DNA of 37,416 bases, taken from contig JBJELR010000335.1 in assembly GCA_051879255.1 (NCBI GenBank), forward strand, positions 1 to 37,416, given 5' to 3'. The position numbers and the translations under genes were made by a program. The notes under the pieces were generated by a model. That model was not told the DNA's origin, made no database searches, and saw nothing but the letters and a program-made list of their open reading frames with translations. Source of the DNA: Lachnospiraceae bacterium (lineage in GTDB: Bacteria > Bacillota > Clostridia > Lachnospirales > Lachnospiraceae). Position 1 is the first letter of the stretch, and the number at the start of each line of letters is the position of its first letter. Positions 16,536-26,654 of this stretch are shown one piece after another.

Positions 16536-17516
16536 ATGGGATTTAAGGAATTGGTTTTTCCCCATAACAGTGTTTTTTTGGTTACAGGAGGAGCCGGCTT
16601 TATCGGCTCTAACCTCTGTGAGGCGATTACCGATATGGGCTATGTGGTACGGTGTTTGGACAACCTTTCCACAGGCAAAAAGGAGAATGTTGACCGCCTT
16701 AAGGACAGAGAAGCTTATACCTTTATGGAAGGGGATATTCGGGATTTAGATACCTGTATGAAGGCCTGTGAGGGGGTAGACTTTTGTCTGCACCAGGCGG
16801 CCTGGGGAAGTGTTCCCAGAAGTATAGAGATGCCGCTTTTTTATGAGGAGGTAAATATCCGGGGAACCCTGAATATGATGGAGGCTGCCAGACAGCAGGG
16901 GATAAAGAAATTCGTCTATGCCTCCAGCTCCTCCGTATACGGGGATCATCCGGTACTTCCCAAGGTGGAGGGGCAGGAAGGAAATTTACTTTCTCCTTAT
17001 GCACTGACGAAGCGGGTAGACGAGGAATACGGTAAGCTGTATAAGAAGCTGTACGGACTGGATACCTATGGTATGCGATACTTCAACGTGTTTGGAAGAC
17101 ATCAGGATCCGGATGGGGCGTATGCGGCAGTTATTCCTAAGTTTATTAAGCTTTTACTGAATGACCAGGTGCCTACCATCAATGGGGATGGAAAACAGAG
17201 CCGGGATTTTACCTATATTGACAACGTAATTGAGGCCAATTTAAAGGCCTGCCTGGCTCCTTCTGAAGCCGCAGGAGAAGCCTTCAATATTGCCTATGGA
17301 GGCAGAGAGTACCTGATTGATATTTATGATGGCCTGTGCAAAGCTCTGGGAAAGAATATTCAGCCAAACTTTGGACCGGATCGGGCCGGGGATATTAAGC
17401 ATTCCAATGCGGATATCAGCAAGGCAAGGAAGTTTCTGGGCTATGCACCGGAATACGATTTTGAAACAGGAATCAAACTGGCTATTGACTGGTATAAAGA
17501 AAATCTGGGTAAATAG
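16536..17516 (+). CDS. SDR-family UDP-GlcNAc(A) C4-epimerase, TviC/WbpP-like
   Basis: ORF 16521..17516. ATG 16536 has GGAGG 8 nt upstream. Motifs are VTGGAGFIGSNL, AAWGSVPRS, SPYALTK (YxxxK), RYFNVFGRHQDPDGAYAAVIP and INGDGKQSRDFTYIDNV. Confidence 0.8.
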   Translation: MGFKELVFPHNSVFLVTGGAGFIGSNLCEAITDMGYVVRCLDNLSTGKKENVDRLKDREAYTFMEGDIRDLDTCMKACEGVDFCLHQAAWGSVPRSIEMPLFYEEVNIRGTLNMMEAARQQGIKKFVYASSSSVYGDHPVLPKVEGQEGNLLSPYALTKRVDEEYGKLYKKLYGLDTYGMRYFNVFGRHQDPDGAYAAVIPKFIKLLLNDQVPTINGDGKQSRDFTYIDNVIEANLKACLAPSEAAGEAFNIAYGGREYLIDIYDGLCKALGKNIQPNFGPDRAGDIKHSNADISKARKFLGYAPEYDFETGIKLAIDWYKENLGK

Positions 17517-17555
17517 GCCAGGATGCTGCCGCGTAAGGGTGTGGGTGAAAGAAAA

Positions 17556-18626
17556 ATGAAAAAAATTCTGCACATTGTAGGGGGGATGTCCCCCGGAGGA
17601 ACCGAAAATTTTATTATGAATGTGTACCGGGCCATTGACCGAAGCAAGCTCCAATTTGATTTCATCGTTCATCTGAAAAAAGAAATTAACTATGATGATG
17701 AAATTGAAGGCATGGGTGGAAGGCTCCACTATGTGGTTCGTAAAGCCCACAATCCCATAAAAAATTTTTTTCAGATTAAAAGAGTGATAAAGGAGCAGCA
17801 TTACGATACGGTTTGCCGGCACTCCGACAATGCCTTTACCGTAGTGGATTTGCTTGCTGCACGATTGGCAGGGGCGAAAAGAATTATCATGCATTCTCAT
17901 TCGACAAACACCAGTCACAGCAGGATTCACTCTTTTTTTCGTTTATGGATGCCTTTTGTCCCTACCCATCGTTTTGCCTGCTCTGAGGCAGCAGGAAGAT
18001 GGATGTATGGAAAGGCTGATTTTCAGGTAATTCCTAATGCCATTGATACGGACAAATTTCTCTACCGGCAGTCGGTACGGCAGGAAATGCGTAAAGAGTA
18101 TGGGCTTACGGATGCCCATATCTATGGACATGTAGGCAGCTTTGTCTATGCCAAAAACCATGAGTTTCTGCTGAAGGTTTTTTCCCATATTGCCAGACAG
18201 GATGAAAAGGCAGTCCTTTTGCTGGTGGGAGATGGAGAACTGCGGGAGGAGATGGAAAAGCAGATAGCAGAGCTGGAATTGGAGAATCGTGTCATCCTCA
18301 TGGGAAGGCGGAGGAATGTAGAGGATTTTCTGCAGATATTTGATCTGCTGTTGTTTCCCTCCCGCTACGAGGGCTTTCCCGTTTCTCTGGTGGAGGCTCA
18401 GACCAGCGGCTTGCCTTGCCTGATTTCTGCCGGGATTACCAGAGAGGTCTGTCTCACCGATTGTATACAGATCTTTTCCCTGGAAGAAGGAGAAGAAGCC
18501 TGGGCAAAGAAGGCTATGGAAATGATGGCCTTAAGCAGGGCTAAGGAGAGAACCTCCAGACAGCAGGAAATTAAGGACAAGGGCTTTGGGATAGAGAGTC
18601 TGGCCGGATTTTACGAAAAGTTTTGA
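17556..18626 (+). CDS. GT4 glycosyltransferase (paralog 1 of a tandem pair)
   Basis: ORF 17523..18626. The MKKILHIVGGMSPGGTENF N-terminus is typical of GT4. The EX7E block is YEGFPVSLVEAQTSGLPCLIS. Confidence 0.8.
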   Translation: MKKILHIVGGMSPGGTENFIMNVYRAIDRSKLQFDFIVHLKKEINYDDEIEGMGGRLHYVVRKAHNPIKNFFQIKRVIKEQHYDTVCRHSDNAFTVVDLLAARLAGAKRIIMHSHSTNTSHSRIHSFFRLWMPFVPTHRFACSEAAGRWMYGKADFQVIPNAIDTDKFLYRQSVRQEMRKEYGLTDAHIYGHVGSFVYAKNHEFLLKVFSHIARQDEKAVLLLVGDGELREEMEKQIAELELENRVILMGRRRNVEDFLQIFDLLLFPSRYEGFPVSLVEAQTSGLPCLISAGITREVCLTDCIQIFSLEEGEEAWAKKAMEMMALSRAKERTSRQQEIKDKGFGIESLAGFYEKF

Positions 18627-18641
18627 GAGGAATGAAGGAAG

Positions 18642-19844
18642 ATGGCTTTACCGGTAATTATTCTCCATGTAGTGGGAAGATTGGACAGAGGCGGTGCGGA
18701 AAGCAGAATTATGGACTTGTACCGGCATATGGATCGAACCAAAGTACAGTTCTATTTTGCCCAGCATACCACAGATCGCTGTGCCTTTGCAGAAGAAATT
18801 GAAGCCCTGGGAGGAAGGATTTTTCATCTGCCCAGATTCAATGTGGCTAATATCCGCCTATATCAAAAGGCCTGGAAGAACCTGTTTCTTTCCCACCCGG
18901 AAATCAAGATGGTGCAGGGGCACATGACCAGTACGGCAGCAATTTATCTTCCCCTGGCAAAAAAGGCGGGGGTCGAAGTTACCATTGCCCATGCCCGCAG
19001 TGCGGGAGTAGACCCCGGGCCTAAGGGGTGGCTGACCCGGCTTATGCGAAGAAATCTATGGAAGAAATGTGACTACTGCTTTGCCTGCTCCAGACTGGCA
19101 GGGGAAGCAGTTTTTGGAAAACAGGCTCTGGAACAGGGAAGGGTAGAGTTTATTCCCAATGCCATAGAGGTGGAGAAGTTTGCCTTTAATGGGGAAATTC
19201 GAAGTAAGCTGCGCCAGGAACTGGGACTGGAGGGAACCTTTGTCCTGGGACACGTGGGGCGTTTTAATGCGGTAAAGAATCATGATTACTTATTGGATAT
19301 TCTGGAAGCGGGAATAGCTTTTGAGCGTGAAAAGAGACTGCCCAAGCTGATACTGCTTTTACTGGGTGAAGGAGAGCTTGAGGAAGCTATCCGTCAGAAG
19401 GCTCTTGATAAGGGGATTTCCTCCAGAGTGTATTTTCTGGGAAATCAAAGCCAGGTATATCGCTACTATCAGGCCATGGATTTTTTTCTTTTGCCTTCCT
19501 TTTATGAGGGCTTGCCGGGTACTGCCATAGAGGCACAGGCCAGCAGCCTGCCGGGAATCCTGTCGGATACCGTTACTAAGGAGGCTGTCATTACCGATTT
19601 GCTTAAGCAGCGATCCATTAAGGAAGCAGCCGCAAACTGGGCAGAAGCGATTGCAGAGTATGAGGCAGGCAAAGCAGATGGTAACCTGGAGGAAAGTCTG
19701 GCTAAAGCAAGACAAGGCGATACCGACTATGTGGCACAGGTAAAAGCAGCCGGCTATGAGGTAAAGGAGCAGGCAGCACGACTGCAGAAGTTTTATCTGG
19801 AAGGGACGAGGGAGAATGTGCGGAATCTGTGGATTTTACAGTAA
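18642..19844 (+). CDS. GT4 glycosyltransferase (paralog 2) with a C-terminal extension of about 70 aa
   Basis: ORF 18642..19844. The N-terminus is collinear with the upstream GT4 (ILHVVGRLDRGGAESRIMDLYRHMDRTKVQF). The EX7E block is YEGLPGTAIEAQASSLPGILS. The tail overlaps the next gene by 29 nt. Confidence 0.8.
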   Translation: MALPVIILHVVGRLDRGGAESRIMDLYRHMDRTKVQFYFAQHTTDRCAFAEEIEALGGRIFHLPRFNVANIRLYQKAWKNLFLSHPEIKMVQGHMTSTAAIYLPLAKKAGVEVTIAHARSAGVDPGPKGWLTRLMRRNLWKKCDYCFACSRLAGEAVFGKQALEQGRVEFIPNAIEVEKFAFNGEIRSKLRQELGLEGTFVLGHVGRFNAVKNHDYLLDILEAGIAFEREKRLPKLILLLLGEGELEEAIRQKALDKGISSRVYFLGNQSQVYRYYQAMDFFLLPSFYEGLPGTAIEAQASSLPGILSDTVTKEAVITDLLKQRSIKEAAANWAEAIAEYEAGKADGNLEESLAKARQGDTDYVAQVKAAGYEVKEQAARLQKFYLEGTRENVRNLWILQ

Positions 19845-21705
19845 ACTGAATATTACGACAGAGCACCTTACCGCAATGAACGATACCTTGCAGCATAGAG
19901 GACCGGATGACAAGGGAGTGGAAATCTATCCGGCCGGAGGGGGGTATCGCCTTGGAATGGCACATAGACGTCTGGCGATACTGGATCTGTCACCCCGGGG
20001 TCATCAGCCTATGGTTTCTGCAGATGGCAGAGTCGTTATTGTATTTAATGGAGAAATCTATAACTTTAAGGAAATCCGCAGGGAGCTGACGGATTATCCC
20101 TTTCATTCGGACAGTGATACCGAGGTGATACTGGCGGCCTACCTGAAATGGGGAATCCACTGTGTAGAACGATTCAATGGAATGTTTGCCTTTGGGCTTT
20201 ATGACAGACAGGAGGAAAGCTTATATCTGGTTAGGGACAGAATCGGAAAGAAACCCCTGTATTATTGGAAAAACAATGGAGGGCTGGTGTTCGCCTCAGA
20301 ACTGAAGCCCATAATGAATTGTCCCGGCTTTCGGGGTAAGGTCAGACAGGAGCTGCTTTGCCGTTACCTGACGGAGGGCTATCTTACCTCCCCTGATACG
20401 ATTTTTGAAGGGGTGTATCAGTTAAAGCCCGGCAGTATCCTTAAAGTTCAACAGACAGAAGTGAAGGAATGGAAATATTGGGATATCCTTGAGCGCTATG
20501 AATGCCTGAAGGATACCATGGCAGGCAGCGTTGAAGAAGCAGAAGAAAGATTGGATGAGATTCTCAACCGGGCAGTAAAAAGACGAATGATTTCTGATGT
20601 TCCTCTGGGGACCTTTTTAAGCGGAGGCTATGATTCCTCTCTCATTACTGCCATTGCCCAGGCAAACAGCAGTAAGCCGGTTAAGACCTTCTCCATTGGC
20701 TTTCATGAGCCGGAGCGTAACGAGGCCGTTTATGCCAAAAGGGTGGCCTCCTATCTGGGAACGGATCACAGGGAGCTGTATCTTACAGAAAATGATCTGT
20801 TTGCTATGGTGGAAGATTTGACGGATTATTACGATGAGCCTTTTGCAGACAGTTCCCAGATTCCCTCTATGCTGGTAGCCGGGCTGGCCAGAAAAGAGGT
20901 GACGGTGGCCTTATCAGGGGACGGAGGAGATGAGTTTTTCTGCGGCTACAACAACTATCAAATGCTTAGGAGGATGCAGAAGCTGGATTCTCTGGGGAAG
21001 CTTACCTATGATTTTTGTCAGCTTCCGGGAATAAAACAAATGGGAATGCTTCAACGGCTTCCCCACAAGGTTCAGATTGTGGCCGCCAACAGGCACCCGC
21101 AGTATAAGGTGCAGCCCTTTGATTTACTGCAAAGCCAGATGGCAGCAGGATTGCTGAAAAGTCAGCAGTGGGATTATCGCTTCCCGGAGGAAAAAAGATA
21201 TTCCGAGAACAACTGGCAGATTCGCCGGATGCTTTTGGATATGGAAACTTATTTGCCGGGAGATATTTTGGTGAAGGTTGACCGGGCTTCCATGAAATAT
21301 TCCCTGGAGACCCGCTGCCCCATTTTGGACAAGGAAGTAATGGAATACTCCTTTACTCTGCCTCATGAATTTAAAATGGAAGCAGGGAACAAGAAGCGGA
21401 TTCTTAAGCAGTTGGCCTACAGGTATATTCCCAAGGAGCTTTTGGAGCGCCCCAAGGTGGGATTTTCAGTGCCCCTTAAGAAGTGGCTGAGAGGCCCTTT
21501 GCAGAAGCAGCTTTTGGATTACACCAGTACAGAATTTCTGCGGGATCAGGATATTTTCTACCCGGAAAAGACACAGAAGTTTATTGCGGACTATCTGGGA
21601 AAGAAGGAGCAGGGAGCAGGGATAGATTATTCCCGTTTTGTTTGGGCATACTTTGTTTTTCAAAAATGGTATGAAAGGTATTGCAAGTGGAAAGGAAAAA
21701 GATAA
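19816..21705 (+). CDS. Asparagine synthase B-like glutamine amidotransferase. In this context it is likely a WbpS-like uronic-acid amidotransferase.
   Basis: ORF 19816..21705. The protein begins MCGI (Ntn nucleophile Cys2). The PP-loop is FLSGGYDSS, and the block SGDGGDEFFCGY is present. Confidence 0.8.
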   Translation: MCGICGFYSKLNITTEHLTAMNDTLQHRGPDDKGVEIYPAGGGYRLGMAHRRLAILDLSPRGHQPMVSADGRVVIVFNGEIYNFKEIRRELTDYPFHSDSDTEVILAAYLKWGIHCVERFNGMFAFGLYDRQEESLYLVRDRIGKKPLYYWKNNGGLVFASELKPIMNCPGFRGKVRQELLCRYLTEGYLTSPDTIFEGVYQLKPGSILKVQQTEVKEWKYWDILERYECLKDTMAGSVEEAEERLDEILNRAVKRRMISDVPLGTFLSGGYDSSLITAIAQANSSKPVKTFSIGFHEPERNEAVYAKRVASYLGTDHRELYLTENDLFAMVEDLTDYYDEPFADSSQIPSMLVAGLARKEVTVALSGDGGDEFFCGYNNYQMLRRMQKLDSLGKLTYDFCQLPGIKQMGMLQRLPHKVQIVAANRHPQYKVQPFDLLQSQMAAGLLKSQQWDYRFPEEKRYSENNWQIRRMLLDMETYLPGDILVKVDRASMKYSLETRCPILDKEVMEYSFTLPHEFKMEAGNKKRILKQLAYRYIPKELLERPKVGFSVPLKKWLRGPLQKQLLDYTSTEFLRDQDIFYPEKTQKFIADYLGKKEQGAGIDYSRFVWAYFVFQKWYERYCKWKGKR

Positions 21706-22829
21706 TTTTTTATAGCGGGAATTTGGCAAAAGGAGGGGCGGAACGGGTAATTATCAATCTTGCCACAGCCCTTTTGGCCAAAGGACATGAGGTGGTACTG
21801 GCCACCTCCGTCAGGCTGAAGGAGGAATATCCTGTGCCTACAGGAGCCCGAAGACTGGTCATCTATGAAAAGGCAGAAGAAGCCTCGGGAAATCGAATTA
21901 GAAATTTCGTAAAACGGTATATCAGGCAGCGCAGAATCTGGAAAGAGGAAAAACCGGATATTATCGTTTCTTTTATTGGCAAGAATAATGCCATGGCTTT
22001 GCTGACCACGTTAGGGATGAAGATACCGGTACTGGTTTCGGTGAGGGGTGAGCCAAGCCAGGAATATTACAACCGGCCACTTAAGCTATGTGCCAGATAT
22101 CTATTTCCCAGAGCAAAGGGAGTAATTCTTCAAACTGAGGACAGTAAGGCTTTTTTTTGCGCCAAGGTACTGAAGAAAGCGGTAGTCTTGCCTAACCCTT
22201 TAAATCCCATTTTTGTGGAAGAAGAAACCCGGACAGCAGATGGGGACAACTCTAAAAAGGAAGCGCCGGCAGAAGCAAAGGGGTTAAAAAAGAAGATTAC
22301 CATGGTAGGCAGGGTAGATGCCAATAAAAACCACCGACTGGTTATCGATGCCTTTCGGAGGCTGGCAGCCCAATTTCCTGATTATGTTCTGGAAATATGG
22401 GGCAAAGGAGAGGAAAGGGAGGTTTTGCTGGATTATGTGGAAAAAGCCGGTCTGGCAGACCGGATTTTTCTTCCCGGCACGACAGAGGAGGTAAAAGAGC
22501 GACTGAAAGCCTCCTCTCTCTACATTCTTTCCTCCAATACAGAGGGAATGCCCAATTCGCTGATGGAGGCTATGGCTATGGGACTGCCGGTTATTTCTAC
22601 GGACTGTCCCTGCGGTGGGCCAAAGATGCTGATTTCCCATGGCGTCAACGGACTTCTGGTTCCGGTAGGGGATGGGGAGGCTATGATGACTGCCATGAAG
22701 CAGTTGATGGAGAATGAGGAGTTAGCCAAAAGACTGGGGGAAAAGGCCCTGGAAATCAGAGAAACCTTAAACCCGGTTCGGGTGAACAGGCAGTGGGAGG
22801 AATATATTCTTTCCCATTGCAGAGGATGA
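21687..22829 (+). CDS. GT4 glycosyltransferase
   Basis: ORF 21681..22829. There is no ATG at the 5' end, so the start is TTG 21681 or GTG 21687, with GAAAGG upstream. Motifs are KIIFYSGNLAKGGAERV and the EX7E block TEGMPNSLMEAMAMGLPVIST. It overlaps the upstream amidotransferase gene. Confidence 0.75.
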   Translation: MERKKIIFYSGNLAKGGAERVIINLATALLAKGHEVVLATSVRLKEEYPVPTGARRLVIYEKAEEASGNRIRNFVKRYIRQRRIWKEEKPDIIVSFIGKNNAMALLTTLGMKIPVLVSVRGEPSQEYYNRPLKLCARYLFPRAKGVILQTEDSKAFFCAKVLKKAVVLPNPLNPIFVEEETRTADGDNSKKEAPAEAKGLKKKITMVGRVDANKNHRLVIDAFRRLAAQFPDYVLEIWGKGEEREVLLDYVEKAGLADRIFLPGTTEEVKERLKASSLYILSSNTEGMPNSLMEAMAMGLPVISTDCPCGGPKMLISHGVNGLLVPVGDGEAMMTAMKQLMENEELAKRLGEKALEIRETLNPVRVNRQWEEYILSHCRG

Positions 22830-22869
22830 ACAGGCAAAGAAGCTGTTTGGAAGGATTATGGAGGTTAAT

Positions 22870-24783
22870 ATGTGCGGAATTGCGGGCTTTTGTAATTGGC
22901 AGGGAGGACCTGAAAAAAACCCGGATGAGGGGTATCAGGACAGGTTGATCCAGCTCATTGAAAAGATGAATAAGCGCATGCTCCATCGGGGGCCTGATGG
23001 AGGAGAATATTGCATTGAGGATGGAGGGGCTCTCGTATTGGGACACAGAAGACTGTCTATTGTGGATTTGTCCCAGACCGGAACCCAGCCCATGGAGTCC
23101 CATAGCGGCCGCTTCTGCATGGTGTTTAACGGCGAAATCTATAACTACAGGGAGCTGGGTAAGAGACTGATCGAGGAAGGAAGGGTGACTGCCTTTCGGG
23201 GTACCTCGGATACGGAGGTACTCTTAGAGCTGTTTGAGGCCTATGGCGTTAAACCGGCTATTACACTTTGTAAGGGGATGTTTGCCATTGCTCTTTTTGA
23301 CCGGAAGGAAAAAATCCTGTATCTTCTGCGAGACAGAGTAGGGGAAAAGCCCTTGTATTATGGTTTTACCGCAGGAAGCTTCGTTTTTGCCTCAGAGCTG
23401 GGCTGTATTTCTTCCATGGATGGTTTTTCCAACCCCATTAATAAAGGAGCACTTCCCATCTATTTTGTTCATGGTTATATTCCTGCTCCCTATTCTGTAT
23501 ATGAAGGAATTTACAAGCTGGAGCCGGGAAGCATTTTAACCATCAAGGCACCCTTTGGTGAATTTTTTCTGGATACCTTTTGGTCCATGAAGGAAGCAGC
23601 AAGAAAGGGAGAAGAAAATCCTTTTCAGGGAACCAGAAAAGAGGCTGCAAAGGAATTGGAAGAACGGCTGAAAGAAGCAATCCGGGGACAGATGGTGGCA
23701 GATGTTGCAGTAGGAGCATTTCTATCCTCAGGCATCGACAGCAGCACGATTGTATCACTGATGCAGTCTTTAAGCAGCAAGCCGGTGCGAACCTTTACCA
23801 TAGGCGTGGAGGATCCGGGAATTAATGAAGCAGAGGCAGCAGCACAGATAGCAGCCCACTTGGGAACCGAGCATACCGAGATGTATATTACGGAGGAGGA
23901 TGCCAAGGGGGTTATTCCCAAGCTGGCCTATGTTTACGGAGAGCCCTTTGCTGACAGCTCTCAGATTCCCACCTATCTGGTGAGTAAGCTGACCAGACAG
24001 CACGTTACCGTATCGTTAAGCGGTGACGGAGGAGACGAATTATTTTGTGGCTATGGAACCTACAATTCTATTGAACGGATTTGGGAGAAAACCCGGAGAG
24101 TGCCTTATTTTGCCAGAAAACTGGCAGGCAGACTTCTTCTGCAGACTCCCCTGGAGCAAAATACAGTATACAGAACTAAGGCCCTGCTTATGCAGGCAAG
24201 AGGACCGGAGGAGCTGTATGAGCTGTCCTGTGAGCAGGAGCCGCTGGCAAGGCAAATCTGTCGGGAGAATCTCAGTCTGCCCTTTAAGCATACGCAATAT
24301 GAAGCAGGCTATTTAAAAGGAGTACGCCATAATCTTATGCTGATGGATATGCTGATGTATCATCCGGATGATATTCTGGTCAAGGTAGACCGCTCGGGAA
24401 TGGCAGTGTCTTTAGAATCCCGTATTCCTATGCTGGATAAGGATGTGGTAGAGTTTGCCTGGAGGCTGCCAATCGAATATAAATACCAGGATGGCATCGG
24501 TAAGAGGATATTAAGAGATATTTTATATCAATATGTTCCAAAAGAATTGATTGATTTGCCCAAAAGAGGATTTTCCATTCCGATTTCCCAATGGTTACGG
24601 GAGCCCGGACTAAAGCAGTGGGCAGAAGCATTGATCGACCCTAAAACGCTGGAGCAGCAGGGGATTTTAAACCCGGATGTGGTATGGCAGCTTTGGGAGG
24701 ACTACATCGAAAGAAATCAGTGGAGAGTACAAATCTGGTACATCCTGATGTTTCAGCAGTGGATGAGTGAAAGAATATGTTAG
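22870..24783 (+). CDS. Second asparagine synthase B-like glutamine amidotransferase (paralog)
   Basis: ORF 22858..24783. The true start must be ATG 22870 so that Cys follows Met (MCGIAGF), and GGAGG lies 5 nt upstream. The PP-loop is FLSSGIDSS, and SGDGGDELFCGY is present. Confidence 0.8.
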   Translation: MCGIAGFCNWQGGPEKNPDEGYQDRLIQLIEKMNKRMLHRGPDGGEYCIEDGGALVLGHRRLSIVDLSQTGTQPMESHSGRFCMVFNGEIYNYRELGKRLIEEGRVTAFRGTSDTEVLLELFEAYGVKPAITLCKGMFAIALFDRKEKILYLLRDRVGEKPLYYGFTAGSFVFASELGCISSMDGFSNPINKGALPIYFVHGYIPAPYSVYEGIYKLEPGSILTIKAPFGEFFLDTFWSMKEAARKGEENPFQGTRKEAAKELEERLKEAIRGQMVADVAVGAFLSSGIDSSTIVSLMQSLSSKPVRTFTIGVEDPGINEAEAAAQIAAHLGTEHTEMYITEEDAKGVIPKLAYVYGEPFADSSQIPTYLVSKLTRQHVTVSLSGDGGDELFCGYGTYNSIERIWEKTRRVPYFARKLAGRLLLQTPLEQNTVYRTKALLMQARGPEELYELSCEQEPLARQICRENLSLPFKHTQYEAGYLKGVRHNLMLMDMLMYHPDDILVKVDRSGMAVSLESRIPMLDKDVVEFAWRLPIEYKYQDGIGKRILRDILYQYVPKELIDLPKRGFSIPISQWLREPGLKQWAEALIDPKTLEQQGILNPDVVWQLWEDYIERNQWRVQIWYILMFQQWMSERIC

Positions 24784-26654
24784 AGAGCAAGCTATCGGTA
24801 ATCGTCAGCATTTATAATATTGAACAGTATCTTCCCAGAGCCATAGCCTCCATTTGCAGTCAGACCTATAGAAATCTGGAAATCATTTTGGTGGATGACG
24901 GCTCCACAGATGGCAGTGGAAGCATTTGCGATGAACAGGCGGCTAAGGATATAAGAATCAGGGTGATTCACAAAACAAACGGAGGCCTGTCCAGTGCCCG
25001 CAATGCAGGAATAGAGGCAGCTACAGGGGAGGTTATTGCCTTTGTGGATGGAGATGACTGGATAGATGAATCCATGTATGAAAAAATGCTTAGTCTGCTG
25101 CAAAACCATCAGGCAGATATGGTTGTCTGCAGCTATAAAAATATCAGTAAAAACGGGGTAACGGATACCTCTACGGGAAAGGTGACCGAATGGGAGGGGC
25201 GTGAGGCCCTGAGGATTTTTATTGAAGAAAAGGAAGAATATCAGATTCAGAATGCTGCCTGGAATAAGCTTTATACCAGAAAGCTTTTAGGGGAGCTTCG
25301 CTTTCCCGAGGGAAAGCTGTTTGAGGACATTGTCTATACCACAAAGCTTTTGGCTAAAAGCAGCAGAACCATATATGTGGATCAGGCCTACTATAATTAT
25401 GTGACGGATAGAAGTGACAGCATCATGAACAGTAAAAGGGTGGAACGGCTTCTTACGGATCAGATTCCCGCCTACGAAGAAAAGGGAGTCTTTTTAAAGG
25501 AGATAGGCGAGGAAGAGCTCTACCGGACACACCAGTACTTTTTTTTGAAAAGACTGCTTCTTCACTATCGGCAGGCTGAAGAAGAAAGGCCTCAGGGCTA
25601 CCGGGCATTTTTAGAAAATATCCGGCAGATTATTCTTAAGCAGAAGGATTGGAGTATTTACCGGGGGAAAAGGGAGCGCAGAGGGGAATATTTGCGGCTC
25701 AGGCTGTTTGTCCTGTCACCCGGACTGTATAAGTGCTTTAACAGGATTAATGAGGGGCTTCTTATTCCAATGAAGCAAAGAAGATACTTTCAGGGGAAAA
25801 AGGGAATCATCATCGTTCTTTCCGGGGGACTGGGAAACCAGATGTTTCAGTATGCCCTGTACCTATATTATCAGTCCAGGGGAATAGCGGTAAAAATGGA
25901 TGAGCTTACGGAATATGCTCACGAGAAGAAACGAAAGCCGGAACTGACGCAGGTCTTTGGCATACACTATGAGAAGGCTGCCCCGGAGGAAATCCGTCAC
26001 TGGACCGATTCCTATATGGATTTTCCCTCCAGAGTCCGGCGGAGGTTATGGGGGAGAAGAACCAAACTGTATCGGGATACCTATGGCTTTGACCCCGCAG
26101 TGCTGGAACTGGATGATGCCTATCTCTATGGCTGGTGGCAGAGTGAGAAATATTTTCAGAAGATAGCGGACAGGGTAAGGCAGGCCTTCCGGTTTTCAGA
26201 AGAAGGACTGAATGACAGGAATCAGAACTATCTGAATCGGATTCAGAATAGTGAATCGGTGGGTGTCCATCTTCGCCGGGGAGATTATCTGGAGGCGGAT
26301 GAGCTTTATGGAGGAATCTGCACCGAGAAGTATTATGCGCTGGCTATCCAGAAAATGAGGCAGCAGCTGCCGGGCTGTGAATTTTTTCTTTTTACCAACG
26401 ATCCGCTCTGGGCCAGAGAACATATGACAGGTGAAGGAATCACCATTGTGGAAGAAAATGATGAGGATCATGGCTATCTGGATATGTACCTGATGAGTCA
26501 GTGCAAGCACAATATTATTGCTAACAGCAGCTTTAGCTGGTGGGCCGCATGGCTGAATGAGAACCCGGAAAAGAGGATTATTGCTCCGGCCCGCTGGGTA
26601 AATGGCAGAGAAATGCCGGATATTTATACAAAAGAGATGGAGACTTGCATTTAG
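24777..26654 (+). CDS. Two-domain glycosyltransferase: N-terminal GT2 fused to C-terminal GT11 (alpha-1,2-fucosyltransferase family)
   Basis: ORF 24777..26654. GT2 motifs are LSVIVSIYN, LVDDGSTDGS and FVDGDDW. From about residue 335 the GT11 motifs appear: LSGGLGNQMFQYA, GVHLRRGDY and IANSSFSWWAAWL. Confidence 0.8.
   Translation: MLESKLSVIVSIYNIEQYLPRAIASICSQTYRNLEIILVDDGSTDGSGSICDEQAAKDIRIRVIHKTNGGLSSARNAGIEAATGEVIAFVDGDDWIDESMYEKMLSLLQNHQADMVVCSYKNISKNGVTDTSTGKVTEWEGREALRIFIEEKEEYQIQNAAWNKLYTRKLLGELRFPEGKLFEDIVYTTKLLAKSSRTIYVDQAYYNYVTDRSDSIMNSKRVERLLTDQIPAYEEKGVFLKEIGEEELYRTHQYFFLKRLLLHYRQAEEERPQGYRAFLENIRQIILKQKDWSIYRGKRERRGEYLRLRLFVLSPGLYKCFNRINEGLLIPMKQRRYFQGKKGIIIVLSGGLGNQMFQYALYLYYQSRGIAVKMDELTEYAHEKKRKPELTQVFGIHYEKAAPEEIRHWTDSYMDFPSRVRRRLWGRRTKLYRDTYGFDPAVLELDDAYLYGWWQSEKYFQKIADRVRQAFRFSEEGLNDRNQNYLNRIQNSESVGVHLRRGDYLEADELYGGICTEKYYALAIQKMRQQLPGCEFFLFTNDPLWAREHMTGEGITIVEENDEDHGYLDMYLMSQCKHNIIANSSFSWWAAWLNENPEKRIIAPARWVNGREMPDIYTKEMETCI

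Noticed and set aside
17241-17930. A 229-aa minus-strand ORF spanning the epimerase 3' end and the GT4 5' end
   Set aside because: It overlaps two strongly supported + strand genes and the junction between them. It has no RBS or motif support and would break the otherwise uniform gene orientation.
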